From the NCBI GenBank assembly GCA_965205655.1, contig CBDBIJ010000076.1:1-31158 (forward strand): a DNA stretch of 31,158 nt, read 5' to 3'. The stretch's first letter is position 1. Each line of letters begins with the position of its first letter. Source of the stretch: Candidatus Latescibacterota bacterium. Its GTDB lineage: Bacteria; Latescibacterota; UBA2968; UBA8231. Positions 8,430 to 19,349 of the stretch are shown here, piece after piece. The position numbers and the translations under genes were made by a program. The notes under the pieces are model-generated. The model worked only from the letters and a program-made list of their open reading frames with translations, was not told where the DNA came from and made no database searches.

Positions 8430-9035
8430 GTGGCTATTACATCTATAGGGAAGGCGGGCTCGGCACAGGGGAGCAATGGACTGGCATATGCCCTTTCCCA
8501 CCTATTCAGCCCAGCCGGGGTCGCCTTCGTCCTCTTTACCTTTCTATCTCAGCTCACCACTGGCCACTGGCGGGCCGGTGTCGCCGGCGTCGTTTGGTAC
8601 GGGGTCATACCCGCAGCCGTCATGCTGTATCTGAAGCGGTCGGGGCGCCTCCTGGAGTTGTACGACCCGGAGCCGGGGCAACGACGCTGGATCCTGCGGG
8701 TCGGAGTGGTCTGGTATGCTATCGGGTATGCGGTCCTCAGCCTGATGGCGGCTCCCGGTGTCATCCTCTGGTGCGCCGCTTCGTTTTGCGGTGGCGCCCT
8801 GCTGGTGACGATCATCAACGGCTACTGGAAGATCAGCATTCACTCAGTCGGCGTCGGTGGTGGATTGCTCGTTCTGATGGTGGCGGGGGGCTGGGGCCTG
8901 TGGCCCGCTGGCGTTGCCGCGGCTCTGGTAGCCTGGGCGCGTCTGAGACTGGGAGCACATTCTCCGGCGCAAGTGGCGGCCGGCCTGGCGCTTGGGACCG
9001 TCCAGTCATGGGGCTTGCTGGCTCTCTACGAGTAG
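8430..9035 (+). CDS. Membrane protein, PAP2-superfamily-like
   Basis: Several hydrophobic segments, plus KISIHS and WARLRLGAHSPAQV motifs. SD GAGGAGG upstream of the GTG start. Confidence 0.65.
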   Translation: MAITSIGKAGSAQGSNGLAYALSHLFSPAGVAFVLFTFLSQLTTGHWRAGVAGVVWYGVIPAAVMLYLKRSGRLLELYDPEPGQRRWILRVGVVWYAIGYAVLSLMAAPGVILWCAASFCGGALLVTIINGYWKISIHSVGVGGGLLVLMVAGGWGLWPAGVAAALVAWARLRLGAHSPAQVAAGLALGTVQSWGLLALYE

Positions 9036-9073
9036 TCGTGTGCGCCTCTCTGGCGCGCCTCGAGTAGGTTAGG

Positions 9074-11233
9074 ATGGCCGAATCTGTACGCGGCTCTATA
9101 GAGCGGATCACCTATCACAACCCCGAGAACGGATACACGATCGCCCAGATCAGACCGGACGAGGGGGAGGACGCTGGCGCGGGCGAGGGATTCGCCATCG
9201 TCGGCTCCATGGTCGGCTTGGCCGAAGGTGAGATGGTGGAGCTCGAGGGCGGTTGGGAGACCCACCCTCGGTACGGCCGTCAGTTCAAAGTATCCTCATA
9301 CAGGCAGGTGTATCCGGCGACGCTGGAGGGGATCCGGCGCTACCTCGGCTCCGGGCTGATAAAGGGAATCGGACCAGTGACGGCGCAGCGCATCGTCGAT
9401 CACTTCGGCGACGCGACGCTCGTGGTCATAGACGAGGATCCGAGCCGGCTGATGGAGGTGCCCGGACTGGGGAGGAAGCGCGCCGACTCGATCGCCAGCA
9501 CCTGGGTCGAGCAGGGGCGAGTCAAAGACGCCATGATCTTCCTGCAGTCTCACGGTGTCGGTCCAGGGTTCGCGGTGCGGATCGTCAAGCGCTATAGCGG
9601 CGATACGATCGCAGCGGTACGAGGCAACCCCTACCGTCTGGAGCGTGATATACACGGTATCGGCTTTCAGACCGCCGATCGCATCGCCTCCGAGCTCGGT
9701 ATCGCGCCGGAGGCCCCGGAGCGGGTCGAAGCGGGACTGCGGTATATACTGAATCAGGCCGCCGACGACGGTCACGTCTACGTGCCGATGGTCGACCTCA
9801 TGGAGCGAGGCCGGGAGGTGCTGGATGTCGATGTTGAGCTGTTTCCCGGCGCCCTCGACTCGCTTCGGGCCAGCGACGGTGTCGTCAGCGAGGACTCCCG
9901 TTACTATCTGCCACCCCTCTACCACGCCGAAGTGGGCGTGGCGCGCTCGCTGCAACGACTCACGAGAGCCGAAGTGAAGCCGCTGTCCGGCGACGACGCA
10001 CCGGAGCGCGGAGGGCTCTCGCTGAACGACCAGCAGAAAGCGGCGGTCGACCTGGCGCTGTCTCGATCGGTGGTCGTTCTCACCGGCGGACCGGGAACGG
10101 GAAAGACGACGGTGACCCGGTCGATCGTACAGGCGCTGCAGCAGCAAGGTCGCCGGGTTCTGCTGTGCTCTCCCACCGGGAGGGCAGCGAAGAGGCTCGC
10201 CGAGGCGACGGAAAAGGAGGCCCGAACCATTCACCGGCTGCTGGAGTTCGAGCCGGCCACCCGTCGCTTCCGCAGGAACCACCTGAGGCGACTCGAGGCT
10301 GACGCCCTCATCGTCGACGAGGCCTCCATGATAGACGTGGCGCTCATGCACGCTCTGTTGAGGGCCGTGCCGTCGGGCGCCAGTCTCCTCCTGGTGGGGG
10401 ATGCCGACCAGCTGCCCTCGGTGGGACCGGGAAACGTCCTGGCCGACATCATCGCCTCGGGTGCAGTTTCGGTCGCCCGCCTCGAGGAGATTTACCGCCA
10501 GGCGGGCGAGTCGCAGATCGTCGTCAGTGCCCACCGCATCATCTGCGGCGACTGGCCCCTCGAGGACAACGATCCGGACGGCGACTTCTTCTTCGCCCAG
10601 GAGGAAGAGCCTTCAAGAGCGGCCGCCCTCGTCGAGGAGCTATGCGGCAGACGGCTCCCGGACAGGTTCGGCTGCGATCCGATCGGGGAGATCCAGGTCC
10701 TCACTCCCATGTACCGGGGAGACACGGGCGCCACGAGCCTCAACAGCCGGTTGCAGCAACGACTCAATCCGCACGGGCAGGTACACCGCGTCCGCGATGT
10801 GGAGTTTCGCGTCGGTGACAAGGTGATGCAGGTACGCAACAACTACGACAAAGACGTGTTCAACGGAGATCTCGGAAGGATCAGCGGCCTCGACCGCGAG
10901 GAGGCGGAGCTGAGGGTCAGCTTCGATAGCGGCACCCGCAGATACGACTTCTCTGAACTGGAGGATCTCGTCCTGGCCTACGCCATCAGCATCCACCGCG
11001 CTCAGGGCTCGGAATTTCCCGTCGTCGTTCTGCCATTGTCCACTCAGCACTACGCCATGCTGCAGCGAAACCTGCTCTACACCGCGGTCACGAGGGCTCG
11101 CAAACTCATGGTCGTCGTGGGAAGCCGCAGAGCCCTGGGGCGCGCCATTCACAACAACGACGTGGCGCAGAGGTATACGACCCTGAGACAGCGCCTGTGC
11201 ATCTCTGAAAGCGGGCACGATCCCGGGGGGTGA
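9074..11233 (+). CDS. recD2: ATP-dependent RecD-like DNA helicase (RecD2)
   Basis: IKGIGP and VPGLGRK HhH motifs, Walker A GGPGTGKTT, VDEASM, GDADQLPSVGPG, YAISIHRAQGSEF, LLYTAVTRA. Confidence 0.95.
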   Translation: MAESVRGSIERITYHNPENGYTIAQIRPDEGEDAGAGEGFAIVGSMVGLAEGEMVELEGGWETHPRYGRQFKVSSYRQVYPATLEGIRRYLGSGLIKGIGPVTAQRIVDHFGDATLVVIDEDPSRLMEVPGLGRKRADSIASTWVEQGRVKDAMIFLQSHGVGPGFAVRIVKRYSGDTIAAVRGNPYRLERDIHGIGFQTADRIASELGIAPEAPERVEAGLRYILNQAADDGHVYVPMVDLMERGREVLDVDVELFPGALDSLRASDGVVSEDSRYYLPPLYHAEVGVARSLQRLTRAEVKPLSGDDAPERGGLSLNDQQKAAVDLALSRSVVVLTGGPGTGKTTVTRSIVQALQQQGRRVLLCSPTGRAAKRLAEATEKEARTIHRLLEFEPATRRFRRNHLRRLEADALIVDEASMIDVALMHALLRAVPSGASLLLVGDADQLPSVGPGNVLADIIASGAVSVARLEEIYRQAGESQIVVSAHRIICGDWPLEDNDPDGDFFFAQEEEPSRAAALVEELCGRRLPDRFGCDPIGEIQVLTPMYRGDTGATSLNSRLQQRLNPHGQVHRVRDVEFRVGDKVMQVRNNYDKDVFNGDLGRISGLDREEAELRVSFDSGTRRYDFSELEDLVLAYAISIHRAQGSEFPVVVLPLSTQHYAMLQRNLLYTAVTRARKLMVVVGSRRALGRAIHNNDVAQRYTTLRQRLCISESGHDPGG

Positions 11234-11248
11234 GCTGGTGCCGAGCGC

Positions 11249-11992
11249 TCACAGGGAGAGTTTCTTGAACACCCTCTCGGGAATGAGCTTGACAACGAGC
11301 ATGATCCAGCGCCAGAACCAGGGGGTGTAGAGGACATCCCGGCCGCGCTCGAAGGCCCTGACGATGTCAGCGGCCACTCGCTGTGGCGAAGCCACCAGAA
11401 ACAGACCTTCCATCCCCTGCGTCATGGGGGTGTCGACGAATCCCGGCTTCGCCGTAAGAACGTGGATGCCGGTGCGCGACAGGCGATTGCGCAAGCCCTG
11501 CAGGAACAGCGACAGCGCGCCCTTCGAAGCGCCGTACAGGTAGTTGGACCCGCGGCCCCGATCACCAGCCACCGAGCTGATGCCGATGATGCCGCCAGGG
11601 GTGGCACGGCTTTCCAGATAAGCGGCGAAGTGCTCGAGACATATGGCGGCGCCGACGAAGTTCACAGCCAACGTCCGATCCATCTCGTCGGTCCGGGCCC
11701 GCACCGATTCCTGGTCGCCCAGATACCCGAATACCTGGATGACGAGCTCGAACACCCCCACCTCCTTTTCCAGGCGCTCCGGCAGGGCGGCCATCTGATC
11801 AACGGCCAGGGCGTCGAACTCCCACACCGCCACCTCGAGGTCATGGCGCATGGCGATGTCGGAGGCCAGCGGCCGGAGCTGGGCGCAGTTCCTGGCGGCG
11901 AGCACGAGATTCCAGCCTCGCTGCGCCAGCTCCCGCGCCAGAGCTTCGGCGATGAGGGAGCGAGCGCCTAGAATGACGGCCCGCTTTGTCAT
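11249..11992 (-). CDS. SDR oxidoreductase, DprE2-like
   Basis: ILGARSLIA, SSVAGDRGRGSNYLYGASK (YxxxK) and KPGFVDTPMT. 4-bp overlap with the DprE1-like gene. Confidence 0.85.
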   Translation of the reverse strand: MTKRAVILGARSLIAEALARELAQRGWNLVLAARNCAQLRPLASDIAMRHDLEVAVWEFDALAVDQMAALPERLEKEVGVFELVIQVFGYLGDQESVRARTDEMDRTLAVNFVGAAICLEHFAAYLESRATPGGIIGISSVAGDRGRGSNYLYGASKGALSLFLQGLRNRLSRTGIHVLTAKPGFVDTPMTQGMEGLFLVASPQRVAADIVRAFERGRDVLYTPWFWRWIMLVVKLIPERVFKKLSL

Positions 11993-13332
11993 GTCAGCCC
12001 AAGTCTATCGGACTGGTGGGACCGAAAGAAGCAGGAAGGATCGTAGTGCTTCTTCACCATCACGAACTCATCGAGTCTGGGGTACATACGCTCGAAGTGC
12101 TCCGGTTCCAGAACCGCGTCCTTCGCCAGATACACTCGACCCCCGGCACCGACGACGACCTCCGTTACGTGGCGAAGGGTGGGGGCCAGCCCGCGGCGGA
12201 GCGGAAAATCGAGAGCGAGTGTGAATCCAGCCATCGGGAAGGACAGGGGGCCTCCCTCCTGCGCACCGAAGGTCTTGAGCACGGCCAGCGTCGAGGTGGC
12301 GCCACGGCGGGAGAGCCCGGCGAGGAGATCGGCCATGATGGCGGGGCCATCATCGAAGGGCACGACGAACTGATACTGGACAAATCCACGCCGTCCATAG
12401 AGCCTATTCCAGTCCGACAGCACGTCGAGGGGATAGAAAAACGGATCGTAGTGGACGACTCTGTCGCGGCGCTGACTCCACTGGCGGCGGTAGTAGAGAC
12501 CATTGAGAAACCTCAGCGCAGGGCGGGTCAGGAGCAGCTGGAGGGAGCCGGCAAGATGTCGCGGCATCCGGACAGCTCTGCCAGTGTGCAGGAGAAGGGG
12601 ATCGGAGTTTTGCGCCGCCGACGCCGGGGCATGGTTGCCGAGCAGTAGCAGGCCGCGGCCGCACATGCCGCCGGTGGCGGCGGCGTCTATCCAGGCGACG
12701 GAGTATTCGTACTCGGACTGTGTGTCGACCAGTAGCTGGCAGGTGTCGACAAGGTCGATCGTGCGCTCGCTGCGAACGTGGATATACGCTGAATCGACCT
12801 GTCTGAGGCGCAGCGCCGCAGCGTAGATGAAGCCGGTCAATCCCATCCCTCCAAGGGTGGCCCAGAACAAATCGGGCAGCTGCCGCCTGGAGCAGGCGAC
12901 GTGACTGCCATCGGCGAGGACCAGTTCCAGCTCTTCGACATAGTTGGCGATACTGCCGCTCTGATGGTGGTTCTTGCCGTGGACGTCGGCGGCGAGGCAG
13001 CCGCCCAGAGTGGGATACTTGGTGCCCGGTGAGACAGGGGGGAACCACCCCTTCGGCAGGGCGAAACGGATGATCTCTTCCACCGTCACGCCCGCCTCCG
13101 CCCGGAGTAGACCGCTGGAGCGATCGAACGAGAGCAGGCGATTCAGCGGCAGGGTGGAAACAACGCGATCTGACAAGCAGGCGTCGCCATAGCTGCGACA
13201 GCTTCCCTGAGCGAGGCTGGCCCCAGACTCACGGGCGCACAGGACGAGATCCTGCAGGCTGCGGGCGGAGCGCCGGCTCGACTCGACCACCGGATAGAGT
13301 CCCCAGCCGGTGGTCTTTTCTATTATTTCCAT
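11989..13332 (-). CDS. FAD-binding oxidoreductase, DprE1-like
   Basis: GWG, RSYGD, PGTKYPTLGG..AADVHGKNHH, GGMGLTG, YSVAWID, YG..GFVQYQ, GGRVYLAKD. The real start is probably ATG at 13332 (MEIIEKTTGWG). Confidence 0.88.
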   Translation of the reverse strand: MEIIEKTTGWGLYPVVESSRRSARSLQDLVLCARESGASLAQGSCRSYGDACLSDRVVSTLPLNRLLSFDRSSGLLRAEAGVTVEEIIRFALPKGWFPPVSPGTKYPTLGGCLAADVHGKNHHQSGSIANYVEELELVLADGSHVACSRRQLPDLFWATLGGMGLTGFIYAAALRLRQVDSAYIHVRSERTIDLVDTCQLLVDTQSEYEYSVAWIDAAATGGMCGRGLLLLGNHAPASAAQNSDPLLLHTGRAVRMPRHLAGSLQLLLTRPALRFLNGLYYRRQWSQRRDRVVHYDPFFYPLDVLSDWNRLYGRRGFVQYQFVVPFDDGPAIMADLLAGLSRRGATSTLAVLKTFGAQEGGPLSFPMAGFTLALDFPLRRGLAPTLRHVTEVVVGAGGRVYLAKDAVLEPEHFERMYPRLDEFVMVKKHYDPSCFFRSHQSDRLGLT

Positions 13333-13410
13333 TAGGTTACTTGAGTGATGTCGAGGCTCGACCCGCAACTCGACGCCGATCACAGATCGACCATACAGTA
13401 AGAAAAAATC

Positions 13411-15303
13411 ATGACCGCGTCCGATGAGCTCGTTCTGTTTCTGAGTCTGGCCGCCCTGGCGGTGGGCCCCATCGTCTACCAATTGGCCCGCACAGGTGGA
13501 GGCTATATGCTGGCGGCCCTGGACGGGTTCGTCTACGCGGCCATCGGCGGCCTCGTGCTCATCCACATCGTCCCCGAGAGCATCGCACTCGGAGGCTGGC
13601 TCGCCGTGATCGGCGGCGCCGTCGGTCTGCTGGTCCCATCCATGATCGAGCACCGACTGGGAAGAGTCGCCGGCCATGCCCACGCCGTCGCCCTCATTCT
13701 GGGACTCGCCGCCATCGGTCTCCATGCCTTTCTGGACGGGCTGGCCCTCACCGGGCGCGAGACGGCGAGCGACTCGTATCAGCATATGCTGCCGATGGCG
13801 GTCATCCTTCATCGGCTGCCGGTCGGCCTGACCGTGTGGTTTCTGCTGCGGCCGCTGTACGGCATGGGGGCGGCGCTGTCATGCCTTGGGCTCATCGGCG
13901 CCGCCACCGCGCTCGGTTACGCTTCCGGCGGCGTTGTCCACACCCTCATGGAGAGCGAAGCGCGAGGGGTCTTCCAGGCACTCGTAGCCGGATCTCTCCT
14001 TCACGTCGTCATCCACCGGTCATACCCGATATCCGGCGTGTCCGCGGATGCGGGCAGACAAAGGTGGCAGGCTGGATTGGGGGCAATGGCGGGATTGGCT
14101 CTTTTGTGGACGATCACCAGCCACCACGAAATCGGCGATCTGTGGCCGGGGGCTGAAGAGGCAGGCCGCGTGTTCTTCAGCCTCGCCCTGCAGAGCGCTC
14201 CCGCCCTCTTGCTGGCCTATGTGGCCGCCGGGGTCGTGTACGGCATGTTGCCCAAGGCTTCCTTCGGATGGATGGGAAAAGGATCGGGGTTCAGTCAATC
14301 ACTTCGAGGTGTCGGCTTCGGGCTGCCGCTGCCAGTGTGCTCGTGCGGCGTCGTGCCACTCTACCGGAGCCTTCTTGTCCAGGGCGTACCGGCCACCGCG
14401 GGTATGGCCTTCCTGGTGGCCACGCCGGAGCTGAGCCTCGATGCCCTGCTTATCTCTATTCCGCTGCTCGGCGGCGAATTCACAGCCGCGCGTGTCGTCG
14501 GCGCCGTCGTCGTCGCGCTCGCCATCGGCTGGGGCCTCGGCCGCTTCGCCACGCTCCTTCCCTCGGTGTCCCTCGCTGAGCAGGGCGATCAGAAGACAGA
14601 GTCTGCCGGCGGCTTGAAAAAGATCGTCGCCGGAACAGGAGAAGTTCTGGATACGACGGCTCCCTGGATTCTCGTCGGCCTGGCGGTGGCTGCAGCAGTG
14701 GAACCGATTTTCCAGAGCAGTTGGGTGGAAACGATCGCCGGCGGTTTCGAGGTCGAGCTGTTCGCCCTGCTGGGTATGCCGGCGTACGTGTGCGCCACCG
14801 GAGCGACTCCGCTCGTGGCCATCCTCATCGCCAAGGGTGTCTCGCCGGGCGCGGCACTCGCCTTCCTCCTCACCGGACCGGCGACGAACATCACGACCTT
14901 CGGAGTGCTGTCGCGGCTGCACGGACGCCGCATGGCCCTCGCATTCGGCGCCTGTATGACACTGCTCGCAGTTGGACTCGGCCGGTTTGTGAATGCCGCC
15001 TTCGACTTTGAAGACGGGTTCCCAGCACTGGCTCACGAGCACGACACTGGAGCGGGACTGGCGGAGGTGTGCCTCGCCTCTCTGGCACTCCTGTTTCTCA
15101 TCACCTTCCTGAGAAAGGGTCCGCGCGGTTTTGTGGGAGAGCTCTTCGATATCGAGGTCGAGGAGGTGGGACACTGCCATGACGATGGCGACGGCGCCGC
15201 GGAGGTGGACGACTGCTGCCATGAACCGGGCGGCGCGCCCCGGGGGGTCGCGCAAGCCTCGCCGACCACCGTGTTGACGCAGGCGCCCGGCTCCGGCCAG
15301 TGA
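13411..15303 (+). CDS. Metal permease: N-terminal ZIP-like domain fused to a DUF318/ArsP-type permease
   Basis: ZIP-like [10 protein letters not shown] and [12 protein letters not shown]318-type [23 protein letters not shown] and GPATN. His/Cys/acidic C-terminal tail. Confidence 0.75.
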   Translation: MTASDELVLFLSLAALAVGPIVYQLARTGGGYMLAALDGFVYAAIGGLVLIHIVPESIALGGWLAVIGGAVGLLVPSMIEHRLGRVAGHAHAVALILGLAAIGLHAFLDGLALTGRETASDSYQHMLPMAVILHRLPVGLTVWFLLRPLYGMGAALSCLGLIGAATALGYASGGVVHTLMESEARGVFQALVAGSLLHVVIHRSYPISGVSADAGRQRWQAGLGAMAGLALLWTITSHHEIGDLWPGAEEAGRVFFSLALQSAPALLLAYVAAGVVYGMLPKASFGWMGKGSGFSQSLRGVGFGLPLPVCSCGVVPLYRSLLVQGVPATAGMAFLVATPELSLDALLISIPLLGGEFTAARVVGAVVVALAIGWGLGRFATLLPSVSLAEQGDQKTESAGGLKKIVAGTGEVLDTTAPWILVGLAVAAAVEPIFQSSWVETIAGGFEVELFALLGMPAYVCATGATPLVAILIAKGVSPGAALAFLLTGPATNITTFGVLSRLHGRRMALAFGACMTLLAVGLGRFVNAAFDFEDGFPALAHEHDTGAGLAEVCLASLALLFLITFLRKGPRGFVGELFDIEVEEVGHCHDDGDGAAEVDDCCHEPGGAPRGVAQASPTTVLTQAPGSGQ

Positions 15304-15313
15304 CAGGTCGCCG

Positions 15314-17266
15314 ATGACAGGTTCCTCGGCGCGGGAAGCGACCCTCCAACAGCGGACTACGTCTGCGTCGGGCGTGGGCGACTACGACCTCTATCTCTTC
15401 AACGAAGGGACCCACCTCAGGGCCTACGACGTGTTCGGCGCCCACATCGTCGAGGCGAACGGCGTCGATGGCGTTCGCTTCGCGGTCTGGGCCCCTAACG
15501 CCCGGGCCGTCAGTGTCGTCGGTGACTTCAACTCGTGGGAGAGAGACGCGCACCAGATGCGATGCCTGGGCGATTCGGGGGTGTGGGAGGTGTTCGTCCC
15601 CGGCATCGGCGCCGGGGAGGTGTACAAGTACGAGATTCAAACCGCTTCGAATGAGACCCTGCTCAAAAGCGACCCGTACGCCTTTCACGCCGAGGTCCCG
15701 CCGCGAAGCGCCTCGATCGTCGCCGGCTCCGAGGTGCTCTCCTGGAGGGACGCGGCGTGGATGGAACGACGGCCACAGCGCAACTGGACAGAGGAAGCGA
15801 TGGCCGTCTACGAGGTCCACCTGGCTTCGTGGCGAGTCGGGGACGACGGGCAACCACTCAATTATCGCGACCTCGCTCACCAGCTCGTCGACTATGTAGG
15901 CGAACTCGGTTTTACCCATATCGAGCTCATGCCAGTGGCCGAACATCCGTTCGGCGGATCATGGGGCTATCAGGTCACCGGATACTACGCGCCCACGGCC
16001 CGCTGCGGCACGCCCAGCGATTTCGCCTATTTCGTCGATCACTGCCACCGACATGGCATCGGTGTCATCCTCGACTGGGTTCCCGGCCACTTTCCATCCG
16101 ATGCCCACGGGCTGGCTAGCTTCGACGGCACCTCACTGTATGAACACGCCGACGCACGACAGGGACGACACCCCGACTGGGATACGCTCATTTTCAATTT
16201 TGGTCGCAACGAAGTGCGCTCGTTCCTTCTGTCGAATGCCCTGTTCTGGTTCGATCGCTATCACATAGACGGCATCCGCGTCGACGCAGTCGCCTCCATG
16301 CTCTACGTCGACTATTCGCGTTCCGACGGAGAGTGGATTCCCAATCGCTACGGCGGCCGGGAGAATCTCGAAGCGGTGGATTTTCTGAAGCAGTTGAACA
16401 TCCAAGTCTACGGACAGTTTCCCGGTGCAATGACGATTGCGGAGGAATCGACGGCTTGGCCAGGCGTGTCGCGACCGACTCACGTGGGCGGCCTCGGGTT
16501 CGGCTTCAAGTGGAACATGGGGTGGATGAACGACGTGCTGCGCTACATGACAAAGGACCCGGTGCACCGCAAATACCACCACTCCGATCTCACGTTCGGG
16601 ATGCTCTACGCCTATCACGAAAACTTCATTCTGCCGCTGTCACACGACGAAGTCGTCCACGGCAAACGTTCGCTGGCGGATAAGATGCCCGGCGACGGAT
16701 GGCAGAAGTTTGCCAACCTGCGGCTCCTTCTCGCCTTCATGTACGGCCATCCTGGCAAGAAGCTCATCTTCATGGGTGGCGAGTTCGGCCAATGGCGCGA
16801 ATGGGATTGCAGTGGCTCCCTCGACTGGCATCTGGCACAATGCGATTCACACCGCGGCATTCAGGCGCTCGTGACGGACCTCAATCGGCTCTATCGCACC
16901 GAGCCGGCCCTGCATCACAGCGATTTCGATCCGGCAGGCTTCGAGTGGATCGACTGCCAGGATATGGATGTGAACGTGGTGACCTTCGCCCGGCGCGGCC
17001 GCACGCCGGATGAGACCTTCGTTTTCGCGTGCAATTTCTCTCCGATACCCCGAGAAGGCTACCGCGTCGGTATGCCCTGCGGCGGCGACTTTACCGAGGT
17101 GTTGAACACCGACGCGGCGGCGTACGGAGGCAGCAATATGGGGAACGGCGGGTCGGTGACTGCGGATGAGGAACAGTGGCACGGCCGCGACCAGTCCGCC
17201 AGCATCGTCTTGCCGCCATTGGCCGCCATCGTATTGAAACCGGCGCTTGGTGGAGGCGATTCGTAG
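15314..17266 (+). CDS. glgB: 1,4-alpha-glucan branching enzyme
   Basis: [71 protein letters not shown]. Confidence 0.97.
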   Translation: MTGSSAREATLQQRTTSASGVGDYDLYLFNEGTHLRAYDVFGAHIVEANGVDGVRFAVWAPNARAVSVVGDFNSWERDAHQMRCLGDSGVWEVFVPGIGAGEVYKYEIQTASNETLLKSDPYAFHAEVPPRSASIVAGSEVLSWRDAAWMERRPQRNWTEEAMAVYEVHLASWRVGDDGQPLNYRDLAHQLVDYVGELGFTHIELMPVAEHPFGGSWGYQVTGYYAPTARCGTPSDFAYFVDHCHRHGIGVILDWVPGHFPSDAHGLASFDGTSLYEHADARQGRHPDWDTLIFNFGRNEVRSFLLSNALFWFDRYHIDGIRVDAVASMLYVDYSRSDGEWIPNRYGGRENLEAVDFLKQLNIQVYGQFPGAMTIAEESTAWPGVSRPTHVGGLGFGFKWNMGWMNDVLRYMTKDPVHRKYHHSDLTFGMLYAYHENFILPLSHDEVVHGKRSLADKMPGDGWQKFANLRLLLAFMYGHPGKKLIFMGGEFGQWREWDCSGSLDWHLAQCDSHRGIQALVTDLNRLYRTEPALHHSDFDPAGFEWIDCQDMDVNVVTFARRGRTPDETFVFACNFSPIPREGYRVGMPCGGDFTEVLNTDAAAYGGSNMGNGGSVTADEEQWHGRDQSASIVLPPLAAIVLKPALGGGDS

Positions 17267-17318
17267 CGCCTATATTTTGTCGCCGCGACGAGAAGCATCC
17301 CACTGAATAGGCCGAAAG

Positions 17319-18004
17319 ATGGCGCCTGAGGCACCCGTCAAGAAAGAGAAGCTCCTGATCCAGGTGCTTCGCAAGATCCCCATCTTCAAAGGGCTCTCGC
17401 CGACCCAGGTCAAGAAAATTCTCGCTCTGTGCACCCACAAGAGCTGTGACACTGGCGACCACATTTGTAAGAGCGGAACGCCGAGCGACGAGATGTACGT
17501 GTTGCTCTCGGGAGAAGCAGCAGTGGTGACGCCGGAGGGGCTCAAAGTCGCCACCATTCTCCCGGTGACGACACTGGGTGAAATGGGCGTCATCACGGGC
17601 CAGCCGCGGTCGGCGACCGTGGAGGTGACCAAGCCGAGTGCGGTCTTCACCGTACAGAAGAGTCAGTTCGACTCCACCCTCAAGGAGGAGCCGGACATGC
17701 AGGCCAAGGTGTACCGGGCCATCATCGACGTGCTCTCCGGCAAGCTGAACAACGACAACGTACGCCTGCGCGATCACCAGATGGAGAAAGATCGCCTCCA
17801 CGGGCGCATCGCCATGCTGGAACGGAAACTGACCGAGCAGGAGCATCGCACCGCTCTGGCCGTCGACATGGCGGCGGAAAACAGCGACAGGGAGCGAGAC
17901 GAACTCGAGCTGCACATAACGGATCAGGTCAAGCACCTAATTCCGAGAGTTCTCATCGTCGACGACGAGCTCGAATTTCGCACCCTCGTCAAGAACGCCC
18001 TGCC
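17319..18004 (+). pseudogene. 5' part of an IS-disrupted regulator (cNMP-binding domain, coiled coil, start of receiver domain)
   Basis: IPIFKGLS...EMYVLLSG...LGEMGVITGQPRSATV (cNMP domain), followed by RVLIVDDE. The ORF then runs 27 codons into IS sequence and stops at 18089. Confidence 0.85.
17937..18004 (+). repeat. 68-bp exact direct repeat, copy 1
   Basis: ctaattccgagagttctc...aagaacgccctgcc, identical to 19282-19349. Confidence 0.97.
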
Positions 18005-19127
18005 AGACGCTGTTGGCCCGGTAGTCATCCGTGGGAATGGCGTCGAAGGCCAGCCCCGTCTTGAGTTCGCCGATGGCTTTTTCGTGTAGGCCGCGACCAC
18101 CCATGAAGCGCCAGAGCGATTTTGCATCGAAAGGTAGGTTGGTGGCCAGCGCGGAGTATTCCCAGGTGCCGTTATCCGGCTCGAACAGGTCCAACTGGTA
18201 ATTCTTGCGCGTGGGATGCATCACCCGCTTGCGAAAGATGACCACGTTAAGGGTGCGTTTCCACTTGCCGACCTTGACCGAAGAAAAGAAGCCGTCGATG
18301 CCGTCTTCGACGCGCTGCCAACGACGACGTTGGCGGATCTGGGTTTGCAGGTCCAGGCAGCGCCAGAACGGCACCTTGATAGCATACTGGGCGCGATGAG
18401 CATCCAGCGTCGCCATCACATCCTCTCTGAAAAAGGCGCCGTCCATGCGAAATCGCAGCCGGTATGAGCGCCCCAGGGTCTGTTCGATTTGCTCGAACAC
18501 CGCCTGTAGAAATGGGATGGAGGAAGCGCCATCGTTGACGTTGCCCGGACGGTTGTGGAGCCGGAGAAAATGACCGCTGTCGGCCAGGTAAGCGGTGATG
18601 GGATAGTAACTGGGGACCTTGCGATGATGCGGGTTGTACCCACGGCAGGCACCGCCGACCTTGTGGCCGGTGCACAGCACCGTGCCATCGATGTCGATGC
18701 TCAGTGTGCGGGCCTTCAACAGACCGATCACCCCGGCGACGACATCGGCGTTGAGCGTTTTCAACGCCTCTTCGGCGCCCACCGTGAAGCGTTTGAGCCA
18801 GCGGCTGACACTGCCGTCGGTGGGCAGGTCTTTCAGACCGCAAAACCGCTGCAGCAAAGGATCTCCTTGCAAGAAGCCCAGATGTCGCAGTCGACGGCCA
18901 CCCACCACCAGCAGACCGAGGAGCACCCGACACAGACCTACCATGCCGAAATCACTGCCCGGAACGACGGCAGACAGGTGCCGACGCAATTGACGGTTCC
19001 ATCCGATGCCGCGCAAATACCGGATCAACAGCTCCAAACCGGCATACGAAGTGAGGCCTTCGGCGGTGAATTCGACGGCCAAATTGTGGTTGACGCGCGT
19101 CCTCAAATCCGCTTTCTTTCGTCTCAC
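17937..19127 (-). pseudogene. IS1380-family DDE transposase, C-terminally truncated
   Basis: LTSYAGL, SIDIDGT, GYNP, RMDGAFF, EKAIGELK and ANSVWQ motifs. The last 20 aa are the antisense of the duplicated host sequence. Confidence 0.85.
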
Positions 19128-19281
19128 GGTACGTGGCCTTTCGTTTTTGGTGAAAAGGGAGTATCGCCACTTCCGAATAACCGGAACGAAAGGCCTTTTT
19201 GCTATGGGAGATTCTCAAATTCACCGCCGAATGGCGCGCACTGAACAGCCAAAATTTCACCGAGTTAATGCCGAATCAAGG
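18005..19281 (-). mobile_element. IS1380-family insertion sequence, right end missing
   Basis: Contains the transposase. The left end reads CCTTGATTCGGC on the minus strand from 19281, similar to the CCTAGATTC terminus of ISEcp1. No matching right IR was seen. Confidence 0.85.
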
Positions 19282-19349
19282 CTAATTCCGAGAGTTCTCA
19301 TCGTCGACGACGAGCTCGAATTTCGCACCCTCGTCAAGAACGCCCTGCC
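19282..19349 (+). repeat. 68-bp exact direct repeat, copy 2
   Basis: Identical to 17937-18004. Confidence 0.97.

Noticed and set aside
13333..13812. 160-aa N-terminal extension of the DprE1-like ORF
   Set aside because: It is mostly the antisense of the permease starting at 13411. Family similarity begins at ATG 13332.
15314..17266. glgB without other glycogen genes
   Set aside because: Dispersed glg genes are common, and the protein looks ordinary.
17937..19349. 68-bp repeats as CRISPR repeats or prophage att sites
   Set aside because: There are only two copies, they consist of coding sequence from the receiver domain, and no cas or integrase gene is present.
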